Shown in pieces: positions 24,463 to 39,400 of a stretch of DNA of 57,088 bases. Made by a program: the position numbers and the translations under genes. Source of the DNA: Girardia tigrina (lineage: Eukaryota); NCBI GenBank assembly GCA_001938485.1, contig MQRK01243530.1, positions 36,059-93,146 of the forward strand, in the 5' to 3' direction. The notes under the pieces were generated by a model that ran no database searches, was not told where the DNA came from, and saw only the letters and a list, made by a program, of their open reading frames with translations. Each line of letters begins with the position of its first letter. Positions within the stretch are counted from its first letter, which is position 1.

Positions 24463-27400
24463 CTAAAATATTTAAAAATATTTACTTTGGTAAATTAAAT
24501 CATTAAATATTTTATTTTAAGATTATTAAAATATAATTCAAAAATATTACCTAAAAATTTTTTTAGATTTTTCCAAATATAATTTGAAATTTTAAAATAT
24601 TAAAAATTCAAAATATCAATAAAAAAACTTTCTGAAAATACAAACACAACATTTGAAAGTATACCTCACATGTATAACTCATCCATTTTACTTTTATTAG
24701 TCCTGTCTTTTTATTAAAATCAGTTGGTGATTTATAAATTAAATTAGCTATAAATTTATAAAAAATAAAATCAAATTTCACTTTAAATTAAAGAATTTTT
24801 TTCCAATTGTTTTGAATGTAATATTTTCCGAAAACATTTCATAAATCAATTAAAAACATTTTAAATTTTCATATATTTTTTACTTCAAACTACTCTGAAA
24901 AAAATCATTCATTAATTAATAAAATTGAAATAAATATTTATCGATTTTAGGGATCAAAATGTGGTTTCCGAGATTCTATCCTCATATGTTAATGTGATCT
25001 ATTCTACACTCAGTAGTAATGCAGAATATTTGACTATTTTGTTTCAACCGTTCATCATTGTTGATCTCTGCGATGGAGATCAGAATCAAGAATTGGTAAA
25101 TTCTGTAACATGTAGTTTGATTTTCAAAGTCGCTAAAGTACTTTGCCAACAAAGCAGTGAAAAAGTATGATATCATTAATTTCTTTGGATTATGTTTTCT
25201 AAATTGAGTACAATCTATAATTACTGAAATAAATCACAATTCGAGCATTTGACAGTTATTCACCGTGAGAAGTGGTTGCAACCTCAATATCAGGATTCAT
25301 TTTTTTAACACCAAAATTTATTTATCTAACAATTCACATATTTAAAACAAATTTTCCTGTTAATTTAATTATCTCGACCCAAATTAATCTATTAAAATCT
25401 TTTCGATTTAATTTTTAAAATCCTGAAAATTTATTTCGAAAATTATTTAATCTTTATTTTCAAAATAGTTTATTTAAAATTGCTTATTAAATATATTTTT
25501 ATTTATAAATAAATATTTAATATTTTTGTTTTCTTGACATTTTTAATTTTAAGATATTTAATAGATACATTAAAAGATATTTTTTATTTTTAAATAGATA
25601 TTTTATTTTTTATGAAGATCTCTTATTTTATCATTTTTAATTTTTTTAAAATATTTAAAAACACAAAAATATTTTACTTTTTAAAAACGTTTTTGATTTT
25701 TTAATAGTTGTTTTATTATATCATTTTTAATTTTAAAATATTGAATAAGCATATTAACAGAAAAATATTTTACCCTTTAAATTAAAAAATAATAAATTAT
25801 TCTGGCGAGATAAAAATTTAAATTAACCCCTTATATTCACAACATGTAATGATTGTTTTTCAAAAGAATAAAGACATAATAAAGCCATTTAAAAATTTGG
25901 ATTATATTTCGTGACAGGAAATATTTGATACAGTTTTCAGATTAATTTTAATTTTATTTTGACTTTTTGCTAATATTTAATTATGTGCACATTCTAACCA
26001 TTAGTAAAATACAATCTTGTTCAATCTTCCCTAAGTAATTTTCACAATGTGTATCGATCGGTGACTGGTGGTCGTGAGAAATTTAAAATTTATGTCAGAT
26101 TCGTCACTGAACCAATTTCCGGATTTATTTGATTATAGCTCAATTTAATATTTTCTCTCGGCTATTATGGAAACAAAATAACTTGGTTATCTGAAATTAA
26201 ATTTTTTAACCATTTTAACCCTTCGACCCATTCAAAATGAACAAAAGCTCACACGACCAATTATACAGATACACAAATATTGACTTATTTCTAATGTATT
26301 TTACGAATAATGGTAAAATTGAATTAAATAATAATAATTAATTTTTTCGTTACCTTTTAGAATAAATGTATCTATTAAAATTGTATTATTCAAACAATTC
26401 AATATTCATTTACTAAACATCCGAAAATTGCTGATGATGATGTATGTAAACATCGAAACATGTCCAATAATTATATAAAAANNNNNNNNNNNNNNNNNNN
26501 NNNNNNNNNNNNNNNNNNNNNNNNNNNNNNNTTTTTATATAATTATTGGACATGTTTCGATGTTTACATACATCATCATCAGCAATTTTCGGATATTTAG
26601 TATATGAATATTGAATTGTTTGAATAATACAATTTTAATAGATACATTTATTCTAAAAGGTAACGAAAAAATTAATTATTATTATTTAATGAAGTATTAT
26701 TGGGTATTAATGGCAAAAAGAATATTTTTATTAAAAATTTTAAGTATTGAAATAACCTTACTTTGCCCATTCTGAATGTTAATTGATTGGTTGTAGTGTC
26801 TTATTAGTAGAGATTCACAAAACTGTCGTTCGTAATGTGAATCAAAACCCTTTTTTTATAATAGAAAACTCATCTTTTGAAATGGATGTGGTTCTATCCT
26901 TACAACATAACCAATGATCAAGAACCTTACTCTATCGACTCATTTGCGAGTGCTCGCTAATCCGGATTTTGAGATGACGATTTGTCTTTCCGATGTACGA
27001 GTTTTGACACCCGTGACAATTAAATTTATATACCAGATTAGCTTGCAAATCACAAACTGTTTTCGATTTGTTTGAGAGGAAACTTTGAACTTTGGAATTC
27101 AGAATGGGCAAAGTAAGGTTATTTCAATACTTAAAATTTTTAATTAAAATATTTTTGTCATTATTACCCAGTAATACTTTGATAAATAATAATAATTAAT
27201 TTTTTCGTTACCTTTTAGAGTAAATGTATCTATTAAAATTGTATTATTCAAACAACTCAATATTCATATACTGAACATCCGAAAATTACTGATGATGATG
27301 TATGTAAACATCGAAACATGTCCAATAATTACATAAAAAATGCTTTAATCAAATTATATTTTCGAAATACTAAACTTGCGTTCACAAGACTCATAATTTA

Positions 27401-30400
27401 TATATTACATTAATTAATATATTTATAAATACGTTAATATTAGGTTAATATATTAGTTTAATATATTATATACTTAAAAAAATAAAATAACATTAAGTAA
27501 AATGTGGCTTTTTGAAGCTATCCTTAAAATCGGATTTTATCTTTACTATTTCAGAATTATTTTTTTGTCAAAATCTTTAATAAATATTTGTACTGATTTT
27601 GATTATTTAGTTTCTAGTTTTGCCGGTGAATAATTACAAAAAACTCATTTAAGAATTATGGGAAAAAATATTTGTTTTAGCTATAATAATTTAATATTGT
27701 ATTTCGTTTGTAAATTTTTTAATATATTCTTCAAAGTTGTATGAAATAAGAGGAAAAAACACATACTAATAATACCGTTTTAGTTTTATTTTTCATGTTT
27801 CAGTTTAGCAAAGTACTATACATTAGTGTAAATTTTTAGAGAATTATATTGGAAGCTTTCTCCAAATGAAATTTTAACCCCTTACTGCAGAGGGGATCAT
27901 ATATGATCCAAAATAATTTTTTCATAATTTTATTACCCTAGATTGCCATATATGGACTGAGAAGTATTTGTAACATCAATTTCAGAAATCATTTTAACTC
28001 AATTTATATATTTAAAAATAGGAATTTTCAAAGAAAATTTCCAACTTTTTCCTACATTTGTAATCAATCCGCCGATCTCTATTTTCCAATAATTTTTCAA
28101 TTATTTTAAATTGCAATCAAATCAAAATCATATTTAATTTTTAATTTTAAAATTTAAAAAAATATTTAAGAAAATTAATTTAAATTTTGTTGTTTGTTTT
28201 AATATTTTTATAATGTTTTTAAAATTTTGTTTTTCAAATGAAATATTATATGCTGTTTTAAATTTTGCGTTTTTTTATAAAAAACATTTTAAAATTTATT
28301 TTTACTATTTTTGAAATTTTTTTAAAATAGGTTATATTTAATATTCATTTTTTTATGTTTTAAATATTTAATTTTTTAATCATACCCTTAATTGATTTTA
28401 AAATTTGAAAAATATATTTTACTAATATTAATATAATTTTTTCTACAAAAATAATATTTTAAATCAAATGAATTTATGAAGAATATTTTCAAATTCAAAT
28501 TTCAAAATATTTAATTATCATTCTAGTTAATTTTTAAAATTTTCAATTTGATTTCAGTTCAAAATAATTTTTAAAACCATTTAAATTTTGATCAGCGAAC
28601 CAAATTAACTACCTCCTCATATGGACCAAACTGTTTGTTTGGATATTCTACATGAAAAAATAATTTTTTAAAAATAAAAAAATACTTATCTCTTTATTTC
28701 TATTTTCCTATATTATATATTTTTTATTAAAATAAAAAAAATCAACCATAACTAAAAAAAATATTTTTGATAATTTTGAACAGAGTAAGTTGGATTTCGT
28801 CTCTGATTCATCTCTAAATCTTGTGAGTAACCTCTCTCGTTTGTCACAATCCCAGTGTGGACACTTATTATTCTTTTGTATATTCTTTCACCATCTTATT
28901 GAAATTTCTATTAATTACTTTTGTTTAGACGAGAAAATGCAATTATATTTGATTTATATTCTAGCATCTGCTCACTTAGATGTAATGAAATAGTTATGAA
29001 ATATGAAATAGTTATAATAATAAAACAAATTTTCGCAATATTCATTGACTCATAATTCATAATATTTCCAACAATTGAATATGGTAAATAAATAATTTGT
29101 TTCATTATTAGTATTATTTTATAACTAAGGTGATATAATTAATTGAAGATGTTTCAGTTGCAATGAAACATTTTTGAAGAATTTATTCGATAAATTGATA
29201 AAAGAAATTTCTTTTCTAAAAAACAAAATTATTATTTATTTTTTGAAAATTATTTTTATTTTTAAATAGTGAAATTTTTTTGTGAGAATGTAACCAAATC
29301 AACAGAAAAATAAAATTAAATCAAATTAAGCGAAGAAAATACTAAATCAATATTTATTTTCAGTATCAATGATGAGTTCTTGATGAGCAATTTTATGAAC
29401 AATTATCTTATTTTCATTATTGGTTTCAAAAATTTAGCTTCTAGAAAACTAGAACTCATTTCAGTACTAATAGTCATTTTGATATTTATTTATTTATTAT
29501 AACTTTTCGTTATGAAAGCTAATGTTTTTTTTTAAAATGACATTCGAGTAATTACAGTTGCTCAATTTTCTGATGTCAACTAATGGAATACTCGATCAAT
29601 TTGTGAGGAACATCGAGTGCAATTCAGTCGTGGAGTTCCTCATCAAATGTATTCAGTCCTTTCAACCCAGTGAGGTCCTAATTCAATATTTGAAGGTGCT
29701 GATTTTGTTTCAATACCCGTTTTCTTTTAAAGTTTTAACAATTCATGTCTATGCAAATTGAACTATTCATCATAAAAGATTTTAATAGCATTTCAAATTT
29801 AATTATTTGCCGACAGGAATCGATTTAATTAATTATTAGTATGACCAATTAATTACTATTTAAATTCGAATAAATATAAAAAAATTTTTTCGATAGGCTA
29901 TTGTTAAAATAGTTTTATTTCTTTAAATAAAGCATTAAAGCTTTGTATCAGAAAATTAGTGAAACCTGGAAATATCTATATTTTCGCCCTCTAAACCAAG
30001 ATAACCCTCATAACCAACTAAATCCCGAGGGTAGCATCAGCAAAGGTTTCCAATTTATGAGCAGTCACCTACAACTTCCTTGCAACGAATCACAAAAAAT
30101 CATAGATCTCTCGCCAAATAGTATGCTCTCCGGATAAATGATAATCGAACTGGTGTCCCCCACGCGAGGTAGATGGTTGGGTTTAAAAGTCTGTAGATGG
30201 AATGTAAGTATTCGATGATCGAAAAGTTCTTAGTGTCGCAAATACATTAAAAAAGTTGCATGCTGATTGTGAGGAATGTTTTGAATTATGTGTTGATATT
30301 GTGCATGTAGTATGTTGATTCGGATTGTGCCTCTCCTGCACAGATGGATGATTGATATTTTCTTTGATTCTTACTAATTAAAAATAATTTAATTTAATTT

Positions 30401-33400
30401 TAAAGTAAAAAGATTTAAAATAATTTTTGAATGTATTATTTATTTTTAGATGTAATTTAAAATTTTAATATATTAATTTAATATGTTCTTTTTTAAAAAA
30501 TGTTTAGATTTAATTTCATTCATTTTTAATTACATTCTTTATAATTAATAATTTTTATTAACAGATTTTCATTTATTTAAAATAATTATTTGAACTCAGA
30601 AATATATTGATCAAGAGAGATGTCAAATAGTGAATGCGCTTGAGGTATTAATAAATGTTGTAAACCTCATATTGATGTCGTTAATACTGTTACAGCTGGG
30701 AAATGCTTTTAATAGTGTCCTACATAAATTCCGACGGGAAAGTCTAAAAAGATTAGGTGTAATTGACAAAGTCAATTGTTTGATTATAGAATTTTATGAG
30801 TATTTTGTTTCTTCAGTTGGGAGTAGTAATTATTTCATTGAAAGACGGATGAAACAAGGTTGTACGATGGGGCCTTCTTTATTTCACGTGGTCTTCAATA
30901 AATTCATTAAAACGGCTATACACACAGAGTTCGTGGGTGGAGTAACTCTTATTGACGATAGGGATAGTGAAATGCAAATCAATAGATTGGCTTATGCAGA
31001 CGATCTATGTATTATTGATTCTGATATCGATGGTGCCTGTTCAAATCTGAATATATTGAGGATTGACTATAAGTGAGACTAAGACGAAAGTTGTGTTCCT
31101 TACTGATGATAATGGTATGGGAATATCTCGAGCAAAGTGTGGTGAGACTGTCATGGAATGTGTGACGGAATTCTGATATCTTGGCAGTGTATTAATCACA
31201 AGTGTTAGCTGTTGCTGAGATATTAGCTAACGGATACACTGTGGAGTGCGGAAACTTAAAGAGTTGCAACTCACAATTCAAAGCAACCGCATTCCATATG
31301 TATTGAAAACGAACCTGATAGAATCAAGCATTTTCAATACAGTCGATTATGGAAGCGAATGCTGGACAACTTTTGAGAAGGGCGTTGTATGGGTACAAGC
31401 TTTCCATAACAGTTGTACAAATACCAAGTTTGATAGAATTCCTAATATGGAACTATTATCTGTTTTAACTCAAACAAAAGTAAGAGATATTGTATTCTAT
31501 GAATACAAGAACAGTAATTGAGTGAACAAAGTCAAAAGATTTTTAAACTTTGAACTGGTTTCGCATAATCATAAAGTCGGTGCCTCTAAAAAGCAACTGG
31601 AGACATAGCTTGTTGCTCGCGACATGCTCTGGATCTTTGACAATGAAGATGACTTGGCAGAATATATAGAGTGCTTAACTTCGAGAGGCTCCTTGATAAA
31701 CATCAGGAATTTAAAAATCTGCTAAAAGGCATTGTGACCGAAAAATTGAATAAGGAAATGAATATTCGAAAAAAAGCTTCAACCGTGTATCAAGAAAGTA
31801 AGCTTCATATTCTAATTATGCTATATATAACTAGCTGAGCATAAGGAATTAAGAAGTCATGTAAAGAATATTAATTAAAGACATTAATTTTTCAAAATAT
31901 TCGTCCAATCTCAGTTTTTGTGAATTAGTGATCCAATAAAATATAAATCGGATTTGATAGTCTTTAGTGTCATAACATCAAATGACGACTGACTGTGCAC
32001 TGAATACATAATTTGCTGCATATATTCCGATTTCCAGTATCCTGGCTTGTTCTTGTAAAGAAGATGATGAATGTGATGAAAATGATTGTGTGAATGAGTT
32101 TATGGTGTATCATTCATTGCTGTCAAAGACACTGCTACAATGTGAATTAGTGTTTTTTAAGACTTTTTTCTATCAATTAGTAATTAATTTCTAATTGACA
32201 GTTTTTTCTAGCGAAACGGTTTTAGAGATCTTATAAATTATTTATTATTAGTAGTGATATATCAAAATTATTTTACCAAAGATTTTTGGTTTGATTTATC
32301 ATATTTGTATTATTTAGTGGCTATCACAAGAAGATATTACCGGGAAATTATTGGCAAAAATAGATTCAAATGGTGATTCTCAAGTATTTATTGTCTTTAT
32401 GGCCTACATGATGTAATGCTTATGTTTGATAAAGGTATGTATTAAGGCGATACAATGCTTGATTGAATTGTTAGCTGCAGTCAAATCTTCCAAAGTGGAA
32501 AACCCCCTGATATTAGATTTACAAAGGTAAAGTTTACAAATCTCATCCACTTCTCTTAAATTTTACAATTAGTTAAATCAAATAGTGAAAACTATTGCAA
32601 AAAAAATAATTATTAAAATAAACTAGATCAGGGGTCGGGAACCTTTTGCTAACTAAGTGCCGACTTAAGATTTGAAATCGTTTTGCGTGCCAATAGCATA
32701 CGTATTTTTCTATACTACATTTTATATAGTAATACAATAGTAATACATTAATATGTAAACCACATCAAAATAAATAAACTATTTTAAAGTTTTTATTATA
32801 ATAAATTAATAAGTATTAATGAGAGTCTTGACCGTGCATGGTCTTAGCCAATTGCTCAATGTCAGTAACACATTTTGTTACTTTGAGTTTTACATAATTT
32901 TCTAAATGTTCAGGTGTTAGGCAACTTCGTTGTAGACCTAACACTGCATTCATGTAAGAGAAAATTTGCTTACAGGAATAAGTTGAACAAAAGCCGAAAG
33001 AAGAGCAAAAGCAATTTTCTTTAAACAGATGAAATATCTCGGGAATGATGTCCAACAGTTGAGAATATCACTAGATTTTTCTAAATTTTCGTCTTCCAAA
33101 CACTTTCTTAGTTCAAAAAATTTTTGTATTCATATTTCTGAAGACCTAAATTACCTGTTGCATTTCAAAATCATCAATATCCATGAAACTAAAAATTCCA
33201 ATTGGATACTTGTCAAATCATGCATGTCTGGCTAAATGAGGTATGAAAATAAGAGTCCATGAATGTCGAAGTCTTGACATCGTTTATCAAATTCTGCTTT
33301 GAGTGCTTCAATCTACATCTATATTCACTTCAAATTTATTTGAATGATTTTTCACATTTGGGAAGTATTTGAATGCTTTTATGTTTATGTCACGGGTAAA

Positions 33401-36400
33401 AATGTCGAGTTTTATTGTAAATGCTTTCCAATGGCTGAAAAGATCAAGTACTGCCTGACCATGTACTTGTACACATATCCCCCGATTTACACGGTAGATA
33501 CGTTCCTGAGAAAAACGTTTAAATCGAAAATTAAAAATTTTCAACTCAAAACCGTGTAAATAGAAAAGCTTTCAGACAATGCATAATTTTGCTATTTAAC
33601 AGTTTTGATTTTTTTCAGTATTTTTAGGTGTACACAGAAATAAAAATAAAATGCATTGACACGTTAAAATATGTAATATATTACGGAAACACTAATTTTT
33701 TATTTAATTACAATACATTAAACAGAAGAACAAAAAATAAAACCAAAGGTGTTTTATTATCCTTCATCACTGTCAGAAATTACTCTACTTCTTTTTTTCG
33801 GAATAGAAGGTTCGAATTCACTTTCATCACTCGAAGTTATTTGTGCCGATTCGATGTTTGAAGCAGAAATATTTACATTATGAGAGATGGTAAAAAAATC
33901 GGTTATTAACAATTGCTTTGAATTTTTTGTAAGATCTTTGTAAACTTCTTCCTATTGAGCCAAGCAGCGATTTATGTCACATTGGAATCGTAAAGCCCTT
34001 TCAATGTTTGTGTCATTTTGTATAAAATGATTACCCAGCTTTCTTACCAATGCGAGCCCTTCGCGGATAACTTCAGCAGTGAATGTTACTGGTACTAATT
34101 CCTCTTCATCAGATTCGAGTAAACCATGTAAAAGCGAAAACGTGTAAAACAAATACCGTGTAAATCGGGGGCCAGCAAACATTTTTGTATAACAGAAGAT
34201 CTCGATATTCACACTCAATTTCTTGTAGAAGAGACTTGAATTGCCTGTGAACTAGTGAAGAATTAGAAACCAGAAAGTTGATTATCTTAACAACAGTTGT
34301 CATCGCTGAGACCAAATTCAGAGATGAGGTCTTTGCACATAAGGTCTCATGATGTATAATACTATGAAAATTAAACAATTTGCGTCCAACATGATTTTCA
34401 AGAAGTTTTACAAAGCCTTTCTTCTTGCCCGCCATTGCAGCTGCACCATCGGTTGTCACACAGAAAAGTTTGTTCAAGTCGATGGTTTAATGTTTAGCAA
34501 AATAACTAATAAATACAGTCAAAATATCTTCTGCTTTGGTTGTATTATGAAGGGATAATAAGCAGCATAACTCTTCATAAATCTGATTATTCCACGATAA
34601 CATTGGTTTGAGGCTGCGTGACATTGGAAATTGCTTGGCGTGCCACATGTCACAAGCGTGCCATAGGTTGTCGACCCCTGAACTAGATTATTTATAAATT
34701 TAATCAATATAGTGTCTCACAAACACACATTCCAGTAGAAGGATATGTAATTTAATATGAAATAAAACCAATGTGATACTTAATCTCTTCAAAAAGCCGC
34801 TTTGACATTGAACTTGTTAAATTGACGAACAAATTGTTTTCGAAAGTTATCAAAGAATATTCTTCAAATGTTAACTTTTAATAAGTTGAAATTTGAAAAC
34901 CTGGATTCTTTGTGTTCTTTTTACATGAACCACAAGTTCTCAAGGGTGTTCAAGTCGGGGCTCTGCTCCATACTTTTATTTTTATCCATTCTTTAACCTC
35001 TTACTATATTGCAAGGGGACATCGTTCTGCTAAACCCAGAATCGTTTATCTTCAAACAATTCGGTCACCAAAAAGATTGTATCTGTAAAACACTGATGGC
35101 GAATCAGAATTACATATTTCTGGATTTTGAAAATCAGGATCCTTGGGGGTAGGCACCCATAAACAATTACAAAAGCTAGGTGGTTTTTTGTTGACTGAAA
35201 AATTGTGGGCTTTTTATTAACATTAGCTATTGTTTCAGAACTAATGGATATATTTGTTAGGCATGTAAATAATACTGTCTTCCAAAATTCAAATGGTTGA
35301 TCACGACTCTTTGTTGGAAGTGGTTTTTGTGAAGCCAATGTTGATCGGAATCTTATTTTCCTAAATAGACCTATTTAAAACCTGAACCTTTGATTCCTAA
35401 CTCTTGAAAGTCTCCCTTCACCTTTTCCTAATTTTTCAAATCGAAATCTGACACAGTTAAATTTAGTCAGGAATCTTTTAATAAACAAAACGTTTTTCAC
35501 TTTTTCGGTATCACAACAAAACGTTGCGAATGAAAACCACAAAATAAAATCTAGGGGTGGCACAAATCCTTCAGCTCTCTCTTAACTTCACAGCATCCAA
35601 ATATTCGGCAGTTCATGGAGAACTTGAAAAAGAGCAGCATTTAAATGAAATAAATTTAGAGCAAACAATTTCTGGTATGGAAGCGAGTCCAGGAAGGAAA
35701 AATTATAAAGATATCGTTAGAAGGTTATTGGAAATTGTTCAAGACTATTGAGACAGAAACATTGTAAAATATTGAAGAGGTGTAGCCCACTATTTTTATT
35801 TACAATCTGTATACCTGTATCTCAGTGTAATAAAATTTTCATTCTGTTTTTAGTGCTTTCTTAAATTTCATATTTATTAATTACTGGTCTATTAATATTT
35901 TTTGTACAAGTAATTGGAAAAATAGAATAAATTATAATATTTTTATCTGATTTGTATTATTCTTCAATTTTCTAAAATATTTCATTAAAAATAAATAATT
36001 TTCTTAATTTATCTTTATTTTTTATTTTAATGTTGAATAAATTATTACAATTTAAAATAAATTAGTAATAAATTGAAAAAAATTTCAATATTATTTTTAA
36101 ATAATTTCAAAACTTAGAATAATCATATTTTTATGTGATTTTTTATTATTAAAAATAATTTTAATTTGGTAAAATATTTTCTTAAAAAAATATTAACATC
36201 TCATCTAGAAAATGTATTTGCTCAGATTGCAATATTCAATAACATTGTTTTTTTACCATAAATATGCATTGAAATTTTTTACGGCTACCTGAAATTTCCT
36301 ATAATTAGCTTATTTATTTATTAATTTTAGCCGCAGGTCCAATGGACCCGAATGGTAAGTAATGCATATTTTTTAAAGATGGAAAGTTAAATACTAAAAT

Positions 36401-39400
36401 TTGAGCGCTCAGACAGACTTTTTACTTCAAAAGATTTTCAATAAATAATATTCATTTTAATAATATTAATATTTTAATAATTTAATTATTAAATTCGGCG
36501 TTTTAGTCAACTGCGTTTTTAACACTCGGCTTTTTTGGCAAGCGGTGTCTTTGTGCTCTTCATGTTCTCAGCTGCATTTTGTTGGGAATCCCACTTTTTC
36601 TTTACTTTTTAATAAAAATATATTGCTTTTGACAGATAAATGATATTTTATTTATAAATTATTATTTTAATGGCTAATTGCTTGTCATATTAAACCTAAT
36701 TCCCAATAATACATTGAAACAGTCTATTTGGAACATAATTCGAATTTGGAATATAATTCGTTATTGTATAATAAATAAAAAATATTTTCTTTTTAAAAAG
36801 CCCTGCAATTTTTTTTTCATTTGAATAATTTTCCCATAGTGTTACAAAAGAATATAAATAATTAACCTCTAATGAATTATATAAAAAATTCACTGCAAAT
36901 ATGGTTTTGATTTCTGTTTATAGTGCAAAAAGAAATCAATGTGTTTATGTTTGAATTAATATTATAATTGTAGATTATATATTTATATTTTAGTACACGA
37001 GTCGTGACACACATTCTGTCGATGATGCTTACAGTCTCTGCCGGCAGAATGTCGGTCATAGGCAGTGGGCTTGAATTTATCAAATCCATGTTTGAAATTC
37101 CTGAAAAGTAAATTTATTATTATTATATTAGTATTAATCAAATAATAACTCATTATAATAATTATTATATATTAATTTATTTTATTATTTTTATAACTAT
37201 TTTAGCATGGTATTGCAACGATTAAATAAAATATAAATTAATTATATATTTTGTCTTTACATTTATTTTTTTTGATAAAATAATGTGCAATATTTTAAAT
37301 GCAGATCAACTAGAAAAAAAGTTTGATTTAATGGAGACAAAGTTTCCGCACAAAATTTTTTATACGTCTTTTATTGATAATTAATTTCGGTAATTTCGAA
37401 AAAAATTTTTGCACTTCATCTCATCAAAAGTATTTATTATAAAAAAGCAAATTATCATAAACAATAATAAAAGGCAATAGGAAATCAAAATTAAGTATGA
37501 AACATTATAAAAATCTTTATTTAACATGACAAATTATGAGCAAATCTTCGCAAATAATCAAGTAAATTATGATTTCAATAATATTATTAATAAAAAAAAT
37601 TTTTATAAAAAAATTTTTATAAAAAAAATGGGGCGGATTTCTGAATTACTGCTGTTAGTAACTGCTATTTCCTCTTTACTGCTTTTTAGTAACAATCGAT
37701 CATTTCTATGCCCCACGTTTTTGGTTAGGTATAAAATTTCTCACATGTCTAGAAAAAAAATTATTTTCCTCTTTTTAGTGCATTGATAATGCTTGAAAAA
37801 CGTGGTTGTTTTTATAAAATTTTTTTTTATTAATAATATTATTTAACTATTTTTAGTTATCATTTAGGAATTCAAATCGTTCGATTGATTTCGAATAACA
37901 GAAATTATAATAAAACAAAAATAAAACTTTTTAAACCTAATTTTAATACTTCTACACTTAATTATCACTTGATTTTCACAATATTTGTTCAATTTATTAT
38001 TTTTTTCCGTACAAAATTAACACGGATTATTTTCCCGTATAAGACATAAGCTATTTAATTATAGCATATAGGGTTTATGTAGAGCCGTAAATGTTTTAAA
38101 ATATTGTATTGTCATCGGAAGCAAGCCTGTATAAAAAATTCAGCTCAATTGGATGACTGAAAGTGGTCGAAAAATCAATCGCAAGATTTGTTCCAGACAG
38201 ACAAGAAACCAAGCTAAGAAAAACGTGGTAAAAAACCATTGATTATTTCAATATATACATATGTGTGTGTATAAAATGTAAAAAAATTAATGAAAAAAAA
38301 TTTTTTGAAAATATTTCAATCTTCAAAATAAAATTATTTGGTAATTTGAAAGAGTTTTAACTTCATTCATGAAAATAAACGAAAAGATTGCTATCTAATA
38401 CAGTGTATAAATTTGTAGATAACCGTAAGTGGTTTTTTGCAAAAAAAAATTAGAAAAAATTAATTTTTTTCAAATTTTTTTTATCAAATTGTATTGTCAT
38501 CGGAAGCAAGCCTGTATAAAAAAATTCAGCTCAATTAGATAACTGAAAATGGTCGAAAAATCAATCGCAAGATTTGTTCCAGACAGACAAACAGACAAGA
38601 AAGCAAGCTAATAAAAATGTGGTAAAAATCCATATCATTCGTTGAAGTCTTTCCGTACTATTATTGTATTTCTTTTTTCGACGAGGAAAATCTCTACCGA
38701 CAATATATTGTTCCATTATGGCTTCGTTCCCATTTCTGATTTTTTCAGAAATTCCTAAAATTTCTCAATCGTCGGATGCGATGATCCAACCAACTCATTA
38801 AATGATCGAATCTAGGCTTCATAAGAATTATTTGTCTCAGAGCAATCTTGCTTAGCTGAATTGAAATTGAAATGAAACACATGATCAAAATAAGGGGGTT
38901 GACATTCAAAACAACTGTGAAGGTGTCTTATCAACGTATCCTCTACATTAGCGATTCCCAACCTTTTCTTGATCGCTGACCGGTAAAATTATATTAATTT
39001 CTTTGCGGACCGGTCAGTATATATTTAATATATTACTTGATGCATATTATATAGTTATTATATATACATAAATTTTATTTAAACATTACAGTAGGACACA
39101 AAATACCACACAATACAATCAGATCGATGCAATGTGAAATCTGCTGCTGCTTTTTATTTAAAATCTTCTTAAGGCGCGGCAGTAAAGATGTTTTAGATAG
39201 ATACAGAGCAAAAAGAGAAATAAAGAAAGAGAAGTAAAGGTCGTTAGAAATTAAAGAGATTCTTTATCAAGATTAAATAATATTAATGAATTAAATAAAT
39301 TTTCGGTTCCGGTTTGATATCACAAGAACTAAAAAATAAGAAATGAACGATTACGTAAACACTTACATAAGACTTATCGAAAACTCTTAACAAATTAGTT

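Larger units (their letters stand above)
26323..27356. mobile_element. Composite Penelope family A insertion: + pLTR piece (26323-26481), N gap, minus GIY-YIG + pLTR (26532-27095), + pLTR (27097-27356)
   Basis: Minus strand encodes LVYKFNCHGCQNSYIGKTNRHLKIRISEH; near-identical to 14681-15163. Confidence 0.9.

Noticed and set aside
28775-28993. Possible extra PPP6R exon or microexon (aacag a gtaagt; ORF 28790)
   Set aside because: Exons 4 and 5 already join in phase and colinearly with the family, and the ORF has no SAPS similarity.
39181-39367. agtaaagatgttt...aaacacttaca as the gypsy 5' LTR
   Set aside because: It is separated from gag by a Penelope fragment and the 39523 unit, and has no TSD or second copy; at most an unrelated solo LTR remnant.
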